A stretch of DNA of 63,935 nucleotides, filler included, from Octopus bimaculoides (GCF_001194135.2; 13 parts of 11 records of this genome joined end to end with filler, not necessarily neighbours in it); one strand, 5' to 3'; shown: positions 37,705-51,384, counted from the whole stretch's first letter. Notes: generated by a model not told the origin, from the sequence alone. Made by a program: numbers and translations.

Positions 37705-38659
37705 NNNNNNNNNNTCTCTCTCTCTCTCTCTCTCTCTCTCCCTCTCTCACACACACGTACATAAGTATGTATGTATGTATGTATGTATGTATGTATGCAT
37801 GCATGTATGTATGTATGTATATATGCACATGTGTGTGAGTCAAATCAATATGTTTGTGTACACAATTACCAGTTGTTTCTGAGAGCAATTCTTTTATATG
37901 TTAAAGAGAGTGGTAGTATAAAATTAAAAACAAGTTNNNNNNNNNNNNNNNNNNNNNNNNNNNNNNNNNNNNNNNNNNNNNNNNNNNNNNNNNNNNNNNN
38001 NNNNNNNNNNNNNNNNNNNNNNNNNNNNNNNNNNNNNNNNNNNNNNNNNNNNNNNNNNNNNNNNNNNNNNNNNNNNNNNNNNNNNNNNNNNNNNNNNNNN
38101 NNNNNNNNNNNNNNNNNNNNNNNNNNNNNNNNNNNNNNNNNNNNNNNNNNNNNNNNNNNNNNNNNNNNNNNNNNNNNNNNNNNNNNNNNNNNNNNNNNNN
38201 NNNNNNNNNNNNNNNNNNNNNNNNNNNNNNNNNNNNNNNNNNNNNNNNNNNNNNNNNNNNNNNNNNNNNNNNNNNNNNNNNNNNNNNNNNNNNNNNNNNN
38301 NNNNNNNNNNNNNNNNNNNNNNNNNNNNNNNNNNNNNNNNNNNNNNNNNNNNNNNNNNNNNNNNNNNNNNNNNNNNNNNNNNNNNNNNNNNNNNNNNNNN
38401 NNNNNNNNNNNNNNNNNNNNNNNNNNNNNNNNNNNNNNNNNNNGCCAAGCCGTGTTGTCCTTTTCTTTCCCTTGAATGACATCGGTTGCGTGGAGACGAG
38501 AGGCTGGTATGCATGAGCGCTGGTCTTCCATAATGTAACTTTGCCCGCACTTGTGCTTCGGGGGTGAACTTTCTAGGTGCAATCCCATAATCATTCATGA
38601 CCGAAGGCTGTCTTCGTATATATATATATATATACGAAGACATATATATATATATATAT

Positions 38660-39495
38660 ATGATTGCTTCATCTTGACAGACGATAGCCGTCCCATCAAC
38701 ACACATACACCCCATCACACAGCATAATCTCTCCGTTGATGAGCCGATAGATGACTTTTAAGACCCGCTGCTGCCTGACAGGGTTTAAAATACAAATGAC
38801 AGATATTCCTTCTATAACTTTGCCCTGTGGAATCTGATTCTGAAAGAATGTTTTTGTGAACTAGCATATGTCTTTTAAGTCCAGATATTGCCGTACAAGT
38901 ATTTTGACATATGACACAAGTCATAAGAGGCGGTTGATGTCCAAGATTATTATCTATCTGGGCATTACGATTTTCATGTGACATTGACTTCATATGATTC
39001 ATGTATCCTGCTTGTGACAACAGAACACGGTCGCATATAATACATATCCAATGTTCACTGTTGATTAAAGTTCCAATTGTTCCTTTGCGACAGGCACTAA
39101 CAGCATCTCTCCACTTGTTCCGATCTAGAACATCATTTTTCTTCATATCCTGTTTCTTCAGGTTTTCCTTCACACAGTCTTTATACCTTTCCCGCGGTTT
39201 ATGTCGTAGTCGCTTACCACAGTTGAACTCACCATAAAAAAAAACGCTTTGGCAAACGCTCGCCTTTCATTCTAATAACACGTTCAGTCTATCTCATTTG
39301 AGCCAAGATAACATATTGTTCAACTGAGCTGCAATGTGCCATGCACAAAACCTCCGTATCTGGTATGAAACATACCCACTTGACACTTAAGATATATTTC
39401 AGGCAATTTTGATGAAATCTCTCCAGTATTTCTATATGACGCTTGTAAGTGGTCCATGTCTCACTCGAATAAAAAAAAGTGCAGAAAATACACAC
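38660..39495 (-). mobile_element. RTE-clade LINE 3' end encoding three C2H2-type zinc fingers
   Basis: YSSETWTTYKRHIEILERFHQNCLKYIL, RLPKRFFYGEL, RYKDCVKENLK (post-RT RTE motifs), then CIIC..HMKSMSH, CVIC..HMLVH and CHLY..HLSAH. Confidence 0.85.
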
Positions 39496-40353
39496 GCTTT
39501 ATAGACACTGATTTTTGTCTGCAGGGAAATACCTCTATCAGCCCATACTCGCTTTTCGAGCTTTCCAAATGCAACAGGTGGGGATCATATACTCAAACCC
39601 GTAAGAAAGTCATTCAAGGAGAAAACTTTTTTTGTTGTAGACAAGCATGTGCAAATAAAACAAATCAGTTCGAAGCGCCCCTAAAAAGACTGATGGATGC
39701 ATGCATTTCGGAGTAGTCATATATATATACATGCGTACATACATATATATGGATGTATGACACAGTGTTGTGTTTTCGTCTTTCCTCGTTGTCATAATGA
39801 CAAAGATAGACACCAACATGGAAAAACCATCCCTCCACAGTCAGAACTTCAACTGAAGATGCACAAAAAGGCCATATGTATAGCCCTTCTGTGTACACTG
39901 AAAATAAAAAGATATATTATACCATCCTCAAATTTACTGCACTCATACGTTGAACGACGGATGTGGGGCTCTAGAATTCATGCAATCGCAATGGTTGACC
40001 TAAATGTTTCACATTCTAAAGAGGGTTCAAAATGTTTTCCAAACTTTAAAAGAATCCAAACAAATAGTTGTTGCTGTTCTGTACAAGGATTTTAATGTTT
40101 AAATCAATAATAATTTGCTATCTATACCACAGTGTATATGAGCGCCTTTAATTTTTGATTTGCTGAAATCAGCACCACAATATGTGTGTGTATGTGCGTG
40201 TGTGTGTGCATGCATGTATGTGTCCGTGTGTGTCTGTTTGTGTATGTGTGTGTGTAAATCTATATGTGCAAATTTATGTGTAAATATAGTTTACTTTTCC
40301 GTTAAGATCAATAAAAAGATGGAGTACTTTTTATTTGTGTGTGTGTGTGTGTG

Positions 40354-40406
<53 letters not shown>

Positions 40407-40951
40407 ACACACACATACATGCATATACACATATCTCTTACATATGTGTGTGTGTGTATATATATATATATATANNNNNNNNNNNNNNNNNNNNNNNNNN
40501 NNNNNNNNNNNNNNNNNNTTAATTAATTAANNNNNNNNNNNNNNNNNNNNNNNNNNNNNNNNNNNNNNNNNNNNGCCTTCAGATCTCATATTTAAAAGCA
40601 TTTCCAGGACAGATAATAAAACAACGCCAACATGATTGACAGGAACCTCAATGTTAAGATAATATTTCCTGGTTTCTAGGGTTCTATTCCCGTCCTCAAA
40701 GTTAAACCGAGGGTCTCGTTCAGCCATGTTAATTCCGACGGGGCAACAAATCTGAAATTCAGTCCTTGCTAATCCAGGCAACTTAAATAATGTAATTATT
40801 TCTGGTGGATCACTTTATTAATATAATTTAGACGAGTCTAAGACACACACAAAACTACACATGTACGTACAAACACACACACACACGCTCATATATATAA
40901 TATAGACAAACACACACATATAATATACATACACGTACACACAATGTGCAT

Positions 40952-40985
<34 letters not shown>

Positions 40986-41625
40986 GATATACATACACAC
41001 ACACACATATATAATAAATCTTAGGTCTTTATTTAGTTGTCGAATATAAAACAAAGAGTTCTAAGTTCAAATTCAACATACTAATTTTTCTGACTGTAAC
41101 TGTTTGTTGAAAGACTTAGCGAAGGATACAATTTTTAGTGAATCTGTTGAGCCGCCAGTCCTATTTCTTTTGTACAAAAGTAACAGATATTACCAAGTTG
41201 AGACTGACTTGTGTGTGAAATATGCTACAACAAAAAAATCGAAACTAGGTTACGGTCCTGGCAGAGAGGGCAGTGCCCATTAAGCCAACGAGGGAGCATA
41301 TATAAGGTCGTTCAACCTACTAGAAACAACAGCCAATTTTTCTTTAAATCATACCCTACCGGCTTAGAAAAGAATATGTTGGATCATGTTATCTTGGGTT
41401 CTCCGCACTTAGAAAAGAAAACAAAAAAGGTTACGACTAGAATGATTTTCCCTCGATCAGAGTTAATTTGAAGGATTAACAATAACAAAGCTACCAGCGC
41501 CACCATTACCACTAATTGCTAGCTACCCGCTGATTTCCTTAAAATGATTTCTCATATTTGTCCCTACTCCAATCACAACCTTGTGGGGGAAAAGACTGCA
41601 GTAGATTGAACCAATTTCTGTTACT

Positions 41626-41816
41626 TACCGTATTTACTCGTGTATAACTCGCACCCATGCATAAGTCACACCCCTAATTTAAGGTTAAATCTTGATACAA
41701 AAAATTTTCCCTTTCATAGTTTTACCTTTGCTCCATCTATAAGTTGAATCCCAGTTTTTCTTTTCAGGTAAAATCAAGTATAAAATAGTGCAATTTATAC
41801 ACGAATAAATACGGTA
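41626..41816. mobile_element. pogo/Tc2-like MITE
   Basis: TA-CCGTATTTACTCGTGTATAA ... TTATACACGAATAAATACGG-TA; partial second copy at about 47980-48100. Confidence 0.85.
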
Positions 41817-42009
41817 TTTTATATCGACTGGATTGGATTATCCATGTTCAGTCCTCTGTAGGACGAAGACCTCAGCATGTTCTCTCCACCAACTACGATT
41901 CGATGTGGAGGCTGTGAATTTGAGTTTGAGATAATACTGATTTCATGAGCCTACTTCGTCACACTAGCATGACATGGCTCAGCAGAGGGTGCGGTTTTTA
42001 TACTGTTAC

Positions 42010-42195
42010 TCAGGAGTAGTTAAGTCGATTACATCGACCCCAGTGTTCAGCTGGTACTCATTTTATCGATCTCTGAAAGGAGGAAAGGTAAAGTCGAACT
42101 GAGCGGAATTTGAACTCAGAGCGTAAGGACGGACGAAATGCCGCGAAGCGTTTCGCCCGGCGTGCTAACGATTCTGCCATCTCGCCGCCTTTAAC
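42010..42195 (-). mobile_element. SINE family B
   Basis: Family B body ending ctcgccgcctt. Confidence 0.9.
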
Positions 42196-42386
42196 GAGAC
42201 GAAAGACGAAACTGAAAATTTGAACTCAGGATTGGCAGAGAATTGAATCTAAACACAGCAACACATTTAGTCCGATGCTCTTTCGTTTCTGTCACTCCAT
42301 TGCACCCATCTCACAGTCCGTCGCAACCCTCTATAACTCAAGGAGATCATGAGACTACAATGCTATTTTTGTTTTCAATAACTCTG

Positions 42387-42565
42387 TACGAGAGGTTGCT
42401 GAAAATTTCCTGGATTTTAGGGTGTCGAGAAAGGCCTGGCTGGAGGCCTAACCTTCCGAGTTCTTTTACAGGGCTTAGAAAAACTGAAGGACTACAGCAA
42501 TAAATGTGTGGATCTGAGAGGAGAACATGTATTTTCTTTTACCCAACTTTTGAGCACTCCTCGCA
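42387..42565 (+). mobile_element. mariner-derived MITE
   Basis: TACGAGAGGTTGCTGAAAA / ACTTTTGAGCACTCCTCG ends; internal QGLEKLKDYSNKCVDLRGEHV resembles a mariner transposase C-terminus. Confidence 0.75.
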
Positions 42566-42971
42566 TATTATGCAGTGCCGGATTTATAATAGGCGAGGTC
42601 ATAAGCGATACAAATCATGGAGGCTGTTTGTTAACTCTCTTGAGACACTCAGGCTGATTGATCGGCTCAAGTGATACAAGCTGAAAGGACTTCGAGGCCC
42701 GATCCATCGCCTCGATAGAATAAATGTTGTAAATTGTTGGTTTTGAAGTGTAAACACCCAATCAGAGATCGTCTTTCAGTAGATGTATCTCAACAGAAAA
42801 GAAATTTGGTCTTTTTGGCTACACATACCAAAGCACTGTGTGTCTCAAAAGGGTTAAAATTACACCAAAAAATAAGGTATCTTTTCCTTCTTAATACGTT
42901 TTGGCACACTCGAACCGGAATATCACATCGCTGTTGTTTTCATAATCGGAGAACACTTCCTCTCGTTAGAC

Positions 42972-43187
42972 CAATGTTTCTAAACCTTTTTTTTTTGGCC
43001 TATGGACCCCTTTTATTCCTATTTTACTTTACTGGCCCCTCAAACCCATTCGATATTTAAAAGAACCCTATAACATTTTTATAATTAAATAGTATTAAGT
43101 GTTGTATAAAAAAATTGTTAAAATATTTTGTCTTGTAGAAATATACGGACCCCCAAGGGTCATGTGAAACCCGGTTGAGAATCACTG
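42972..43187. mobile_element. hAT-Charlie-like MITE
   Basis: TIRs caatgtttctaaacc / ggttgagaatcactg; TSD cgttagac/ctttagac; related to 20187-20391. Confidence 0.75.
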
Positions 43188-46100
43188 CTTTAGACAATGT
43201 GCTTTCGTAACACACACGATACACCGGCACAAGGAGACCTTGAAACAAGAGGTGGTCTTCGATGATGTTAAACAGCAGTGATCAGGTATTCACGGTTGAA
43301 CGTATTAAGAATGAATAGATACGTCATTGTTTGAGTTCGCGCTGTTCTGTGCGTACCTCATGAATTATTTTCTGTTCAGCAGACATCAGCACACACGAGC
43401 AAATAATCTCTTTGCTGATTCCTATAAGACAAGAGCTCGTGCTCTTGTTAAGTTTCACCGGTTCGGTTTAGAGAAGCATTATAAAGTTGAAACATCGCGG
43501 TGTTCCAAAGTCCCCTAATACCCGCGAATCGCGTGTTTTATGAAAACACATCATCTAAAAGGAGGTGGTGTTCTCTGAAAACAAAAGGCAACAACAATCA
43601 AACGGCCACTTTCGAATCTGCCAGAACTTATTAAGAATAGATAGGTTCGTTCTTGTTTGGATTCTCACTGTTCTACGTCCACCTCATGAATTATCGTATC
43701 TGCTGGCACAAAAGATGCTCTGGCTTATCAGACGCACCCCAGTTTCAGGAGCACATATTCAGAAAATAAGTTTTAAGAGGCTTAACTTCCTACGATATTT
43801 TTGAAATTTATTTGAAAAGTGTGTCTTATATGCCATCAAATACGATATTACGCCAAAAAGATTCACAAAACATTGAAATGATGCAAGTTTTCTTGCATGA
43901 TTTTGAAGCCTCTGCAGATTGTGAAGGAGAACCTAAACTGAAGCGTGTCCATTTGGGCTCCATTTAAGCTACATTAGTTGCGTGGAGAAACGAAACTTTC
44001 ATTCATGGGCAACTGCTGGTCTGTGATAATAAAAAAAAACCCTATCCCCGTCCGGATCTGCGCGCTAGAGAGGATCTTTTTAGATATCGATTCATGATCT
44101 CATAAAACACGCAAAAGTCTTAAATATACCGTCGTGGTAATCAAGCGGAAATCGAACTTCCGTTTTTGCTTTTGGAAGGACGACAATTTGTTGAGGCAAT
44201 CTATCAACTTACTTCACGTCCATAAGAGGAATTGAATACAGTTCTGTAAAGTGACCGGCTTTTGTTTCAAATATTAGCCAAGTCATTAGATGACGGGAGC
44301 AAGAGAATAATTTATAGAATTTAGTTTTATCAAAATTGTTAATAAAGCAGCCAATTTACTGAATCGGTAAAGCGTCGTAGAGAATCCCTTGTGGTTTACG
44401 TTTCAGCTCTCAACTCACTGGGTTCAAATCTCACCGAAGTCAGATTTATCAGTCGGTGGGGGATTACCAGAAGTGTCAGAGCATCGGACGAGATGCGTCG
44501 TGGTATATGAAATTTGAACTTCTGTTTCTTTCTTCATCCATTACCACTTTTTATGAAGGCACAATCGATTAAATCTACTCCAATATTTGATTAGATGCTT
44601 TATTTTATCGATCTTGGGATGATACCCCGCCCCCACCAAGAAAAGAAAACAGATATCGACCGCGGCAGAAATTGGACTTAGAATATAAAGAGACGATTTT
44701 TTAAAATAAAATATCGATTTCTTTATAAAAAGGAAGAGGCCTTAAATTTGGCGGAAATGTTATATAGTCGATGTAATCGATTCTGGGCCCTTATCGATAT
44801 TTAGTTTATTGACACAAGGATAATGAAAGATAAAGGCGATAAAATGTAAAGTATCGTAACAATGTATACGGCAATGCATTTTTGCCCAGCGCTCCACCGA
44901 TTCTCCTAAGCATTATTCTTCCAGTTCGAAGAAAGTGAAACCGTGAGAGTCGTTAGAACACCATAAATACCAAATGGTATTTGTTCGGGCTCTTAATGAT
45001 CTAGGTTCAAATCCCGCCGTGGTCAACTTTCTTCTTCTTCTTCTCGTCGCCTCCCTCCCCTCCTTCTCATTATTCCTCGCCTTATTCTTTTCCTCTTCGT
45101 TTTCTCCTCTACCTCCTCCTCCTAACAAGAAGTTAGTTATTTAAACAAAAAGTCCAGACTTTCTTATTCGACGAAAGGAAAGAAAATATAAAATGCGTAA
45201 GCAAGACGACAGAAAACTGCCAGGTTTAACGGAGTGAAAAATTTCGTTAGCGTTGTATAGCGACACTTGTAAAGAGTATGGCATTTGAAATAAATGTTAC
45301 TTACTCAGTAGAAGTGGTTTACTTATTGATAGGAGAGAAACGGAGAGAATTAATGCGAGGATTAAAAAGGAAACAGAAATAGTGAGCAAAGAACGCTGAT
45401 TGAGAGAGAGGGAGAGAGAGAAAGAAAGAGACGTATGGCGGTACACAGAAACAGTAGGATATTTCTATGCATAACACGATTCCAAGCTTACTTAATATTA
45501 TTAAATTTGAAAACAAATTACAATTGGATTGTATCGTGATATTGCAAGAAGAAAAAGAATTGTTGATATCAAGAAAATATAATATCACCTTTGGTTAAAG
45601 CGCTCATTGAGTTCATCGAAAATATGTATGCGTATCTGTGTGTGCGTTTGCATATATATACATACATATATATATAGGGGTGGGGAGGCTTGCTTANNNN
45701 NNNNNNNNNNNNNNNNNNNNNNNNNNNNNNNNNNNNNNNNTTAATTAATTAANNNNNNNNNNNNNNNNNNNNNNNNNNNNNNNNNNNNNNNNNNNNGGGT
45801 ACCCTTCTTGTTGCCAACATTCATGTGTTTCCAACATTCATGTGTTGCCAACATTCATGTGTTTCCAAGCAAGCTAATATTTCCCATCATTAGACATTTA
45901 TCATAACTATAATAATACTTAATAAATGAGTATTGTACGTGTTTTCTCTTTTCATAACTGTATACCTACTTTGATACCACCCTGTATATATTTAGCTTTA
46001 AAAGAAAAAAAAATGCACTGGGGCTGATGTCACGTAAAAAGCACTGGTGATGGTGCCACATAAAATGCAATGGTGCCAGTGGCATGTAAAAAGCACCCAG

Positions 46101-47208
46101 TACACTCTGTAAAGTGGTTGGTGTTAGGAAGGCATCCAGCTGTAGAAACCAAGTCAAAACAAACTACAGAACCTGGTGCAGCCCTTAGCCTTACCATCTC
46201 CTGTCAAGCTGTCCAACCCATGCCAGCATGGAAAACAGATGTTAAATGATGTTGATGATGATCGCATCAGTGCCTTTGTGTTGTGTCCTTCACCAAAAAA
46301 TGAACAGTAAACTATAACTAAAGTTAGTTACTAAGAACTAAACCTGAAGAAGGTAAGTATATGGGAATTCACTGGGTGGAAAGATAAGCTAACTTGAATC
46401 TGTTTAATTTTGTGATTTAAGGTTCAAAGATTGAATCTTCCATTATTAGAAAGATCAAACAACTATGGAAGGTATAGAAAAAACGTTTTTGTGAGATTGT
46501 GAACTCACCAGACACATTTGAAACTTAGAAACAATGCTTTCTTTAGGTTCTGAATTCTGTATGTTATCTATTTTTGCTAGACAATGTAACTGGTAATAAT
46601 TAATATGCATGTGACATACATTCTAACTGTACGCATTTGTCAGTGGATAGAATACAGCATTAAAATCAATAATGAAGCAAACGAAATATATATATGTTTT
46701 TCTAGGGCTAATAGCTCTGTGTTGGAAATGTGGAACAGTTTAACTAACTTACCTAAAGAAGAGAAAAAGTTGAAGAATGAGTNNNNNNNNNNNNNNNNNN
46801 NNNNNNNNNNNNNNNNNNNNNNNNNNNNNNNNNNNNNNNNNNNNNNNNNNNNNNNNNNNNNNNNNNNNNNNNNNNNNNNNNNNNNNNNNNNNNNNNNNNN
46901 NNNNNNNNNNNNNNNNNNNNNNNNNNNNNNNNNNNNNNNNNNNNNNNNNNNNNNNNNNNNNNNNNNNNNNNNNNNNNNNNNNNNNNNNNNNNNNNNNNNN
47001 NNNNNNNNNNNNNNNNNNNNNNNNNNNNNNNNNNNNNNNNNNNNNNNNNNNNNNNNNNNNNNNNNNNNNNNNNNNNNNNNNNNNNNNNNNNNNNNNNNNN
47101 NNNNNNNNNNNNNNNNNNNNNNNNNNNNNNNNNNNNNNNNNNNNNNNNNNNNNNNNNNNNNNNNNNNNNNNNNNNNNNNNNNNNNNNNNNNNNNNNNNNN
47201 NNNNNNNN

Positions 47209-47400
47209 ACTGTGCAAAGAAGTGCCACTCCCAAACAGTGGAAGCAATCTAGGGTAGAGGGAGACCCTGGAAGACATGATATGAGGTGGTGAAGCATGAC
47301 CTTCGAACGTTGGGCCTCACAGAGGCAATGACAAAAGACCGAGACCTCTGGAGGTATGCTGTGACTGAGAAGACCTGGCAAATAAAGTGAGTCCACAGCT
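47209..47400 (+). mobile_element. RTE LINE ORF C-terminus
   Basis: GRGRPWKT.YEVVKHDLRTLGLTEAMTKDRDLWRYAVTEKT. Confidence 0.85.
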
Positions 47401-49359
47401 GTAACCTACACCAGTGTCACATGACCAGCCCACTTAAAAGTACCTTGGATCGTAGGGCGACATGCCGTGCTTGAGGAGACCTATTGAGTCAAGTACATCA
47501 ACAGCAATATCAAAATCAAATCAAATGGAAATTGTAGTCGTGAGCCCTGTGCCGGTAGCATGTAAAAAGCACCCTTGTGAGGAGGGTGTCTGGACACCCA
47601 GCAGGATTAAAAACAAGACTTGTCGAAAGGCAGATTAGTTCCTTGTGGGCCGATGGCCATCCAGTTGGGGCAGAGAGTGGCAAATCACCCCAATATCACT
47701 GCCGAGAAAATGCTATGAGAAGGCCAGAACACAGTAGCACTGAATTCATTTGGTCGGAGAATTTGAGCTTAATTGAGAAGACTTTTATGTAGTGTCATCA
47801 ACATGCTACAAAGTGTACAATAGATGATGATGATGATGATGATGATGACACTGTATCTACACCAACTGCCACATATGTAATATGTGCATTTGGGTGTTGA
47901 TAGACTTTAAAAGACTTCTTCATTGTAATAATTTGATTGTATAGTTACTATTTGTGTTCAATTTTCTCATTTTTCATTTACTGTATTTATTGTGTATAAG
48001 TTGCATCCCTAATTTAGTGTTAAATTTTGATACAAACTTTATACCCTTCATAGTTTTAGCTTTGCCCCATCTATAAATTATGCCCCACTTTATTTTTCAT
48101 TTATAATTTCTGGCACTTGTGCCCGCAGCATGTGTAAGGACTTTCGAGCGAGATCGNNNNNNNNNNNNNNNNNNNNNNNNNNNNNNNNNNNNNNNNNNNN
48201 TTAATTAATTAANNNNNNNNNNNNNNNNNNNNNNNNNNNNNNNNNNNNNNNNNNNNTGTGTGTGTGTGTGTGTGTGTAAAGGACGACCGTGCGAACTCAA
48301 AAAGGAGATATGGTGACGAATGGAAAAACAGAGGACTCCTTTTATTTAAACGTGTCACACGGTCGAACACAAAATTAATATATATCAAAGATGATATACA
48401 TGATATGTTATACTACGATAACATATGTGAATTCGTAAATACCAGCAATGAAGACTACAGAAGGGAACCGTATGAGATGAATAACAGAGATATTTATTGT
48501 AGCATTAAAGTGTATGTCTGTGTGAGAGTGTGAATGCGACATATAAGAACATAATCAAAGACAGGCCGTCGTACAAAGAAAAGTATGTATGTGAGTGATA
48601 CATGTGTGTGTATGTGAGTTATTACAGTAGATAGAAAGAGTCAGTAACACGTGAGCAATTATACCAGTTCTTTAGTACACAATAGTATGAGTCTGTATGT
48701 GAAAGAAGTGAGTTGAGGCTGTGTGTGGCAGTGCTGATCACTAGTTGTGATGTTGTGGCATCCATGCCGGGCCGTGATTCTTGTTATACAGANNNNNNNN
48801 NNNNNNNNNNNNNNNNNNNNNNNNNNNNNNNNNNNNNNNNNNNNNNNNNNNNNNNNNNNNNNNNNNNNNNNNNNNNNNNNNNNNNNNNNNNNNNNNNNNN
48901 NNNNNNNNNNNNNNNNNNNNNNNNNNNNNNNNNNNNNNNNNNNNNNNNNNNNNNNNNNNNNNNNNNNNNNNNNNNNNNNNNNNNNNNNNNNNNNNNNNNN
49001 NNNNNNNNNNNNNNNNNNNNNNNNNNNNNNNNNNNNNNNNNNNNNNNNNNNNNNNNNNNNNNNNNNNNNNNNNNNNNNNNNNNNNNNNNNNNNNNNNNNN
49101 NNNNNNNNNNNNNNNNNNNNNNNNNNNNNNNNNNNNNNNNNNNNNNNNNNNNNNNNNNNNNNNNNNNNNNNNNNNNNNNNNNNNNNNNNNNNNNNNNNNN
49201 NNNNNNNNNNNNNNNNNNNNNNNNNNNNNNNNNNNNNNNNNNNNNNNNNNNNNNNNNNNNNNNNNNNNNNNNNNNNNNNNNNNNNNNNNNNNNNNNNNNN
49301 NNNNNNNNNNNNNNNNNNNNNNNNNNNNNNNNNNNNNNNNTTCTCAAAGAGAAACCGGA

Positions 49360-49533
49360 CCGAGACAAATTGTTGGGTATGAGTTGATCTATTTATAGCG
49401 AATTATCGGCTCCAAGACGGTAGCAGAAAAACACTATCACGTGACCTTATTAAGGGCTGTGATTGGTCCGTTTGCGTTCTGGCGGGAACGGTTCGAAGAA
49501 GTTGCCGATTCGAATAATGATCAGTCACGTGAT
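49360..49533 (-). promoter_or_regulatory. Candidate Pol II promoter: TATA box, E-box, CCAAT box, E-box
   Basis: Minus-strand TATAAATA (49397-49390), CACGTG in extended TCACGTGA context (49436-49445, 49524-49533), GACCAATCAC (49460-49469); CpG-rich unique sequence. Confidence 0.55.
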
Positions 49534-50075
49534 GACAAGGTTGATGTTCTCCGCTACGCTCGCGTTTATTTATATTTAAATGAGAAGATTGTATGTAATG
49601 GCGATAGTAGTTTTGTATCTAATGGCGATAGGTAGTTTTGTATGTAATGGCGATCGAGGTGTTAGTTTCACTACATATATATGTATGTATATCTATATAT
49701 ATATGTATGTATGTAGGTATATGAGTATATGCGTGTAGGTTAATATAGTTACAAAATAATGAACTAACGAAGCGAAACAGTTGATGGCCATTTTTATTCA
49801 AGATTTGTCTTACATTTCTATACATGAAAAATACTTTAGATACCGAAGTTTTCAACTCATAAGGTAAAGTGTATATTTATTAAGCAAACCATCACTTAAC
49901 GTAATTGCAGTTTAAATTTGTGTGTGTATATATATTTGTGAGTGTATGTATGTATTTATGTGTTTTTATACAGGTCCCAAATTTTCAACGTTTGTTAAGA
50001 ACTGATTCTTTTTTATTCCATATCAAACAAGACTGCTATGTCCTTATACAGAGCTTCCTTCGTTTCTTTCCTCAG

Positions 50076-50177
50076 TGTCTTAATATACTCGTTGTTGGGT
50101 TTATATCTGGCGTAGTTGAACCGACAGAGGACCCCGCTCGATCCATGTTCAACAAATATGATACGTACCGACTTTCT
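50076..50177 (+). CDS. Candidate 102-nt exon (CLNILVVGFISGVVEPTEDPARSMFNKYDTYRLS, or 5'UTR plus MFNKYDTYRLS)
   Basis: Acceptor cttcgtttctttcctcAG, donor CT|GTAAGC, only one open frame. Confidence 0.3.
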
Positions 50178-50312
50178 GTAAGCAATTAGCTGGACAGTAA
50201 ATACCTAAAAGAAATATATACAATGGAAACATGATCAGTAATAAGAAAAATACAGGAGTTGATGCACGTAGACGACAGGCTGTTTGTGTGAAGACTATGT
50301 GATAAAAGTGTC

Positions 50313-51000
50313 GGTGTGGGCGAGATGGCAGAAACGTAAGCACGCCAGGGGAAATGCTCAGCGGTATTTCGTCTGCCGTTACGTTCGGATTTCAAATTCC
50401 GCCGAGGTCGACTTTGCCATTCATCGTTTCGAGGTCGATAAATTAAGTACCAGTTTCGTACTGGGGCTATGTAATCAACTGGCCCCTCCCACCAAATTGC
50501 GGGCCATTAGAAAAGTTTAAAGGCGGCGAGCTGACAGAAACGTTACGCACTAGGGTCAAAGTAATCGACATAATCCATTTGTCTGTCCTTGTTTTCCCCT
50601 TCTATGTTTATCCCACTGTGGGCAACAAAGAAATAAATACATAGGTGTAGGCATGGCCGTGTGGTATGTAGCTTGCTTCCCAGTTGCATGGTTTCTGGCT
50701 CAGTCCCACTGCGTGACACCTTGGGCAAGTGTCTTCCACTAAAGCCCTGATCCGATTGAAGTGCGTTTGGTAGACGGGAACTGAAAGAAACAAGTCATAA
50801 ATAGTTATTATATAATAACTGTATGTGTGTGTGTGTGTATGTTGCTGTGTGGTAAGTAGTTTCCTTATCAACAACATAGTTCCGGGCTCAGTCCCTCTGC
50901 GTGGCAACTTAGGGAAGTGTCTTCTACTATAGCTTTGGGCTGACTAAAGCCGTGTGAGTGAATTTGGGAGACGTCAACTGAAAGAAGCCCGTCATATATA
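50313..51000 (+). mobile_element. Cluster of SINEs (two family B, two family A)
   Basis: Recognisable family bodies at about 50313, 50519, 50645 and 50845. Confidence 0.85.
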
Positions 51001-51353
51001 TATATGTATGTATGTATGTATCTATGTATGTACGTGTGTATGTATGTATGTGTGTGTATGTTTGTGTGTATGTATTTGTTCNNNNNNNNNNNNNNNNNNN
51101 NNNNNNNNNNNNNNNNNNNNNNNNNTTAATTAATTAANNNNNNNNNNNNNNNNNNNNNNNNNNNNNNNNNNNNNNNNNNNNATATAAGGAACTTGATTGT
51201 AATGGCTGGTCAGGAAGTAACTATTGCTTTCACACCTGTAAAGCACTTAGCCTATAGGCAACTTGTCAGACCCAAATGGCCTGCAAGTCGCTTATGCTAC
51301 CCTTCGTCCCTCGTCCCACGATCATCTACCCTCTCCCTCTATCTCTCTCTCTT

Positions 51354-51384
<31 letters not shown>

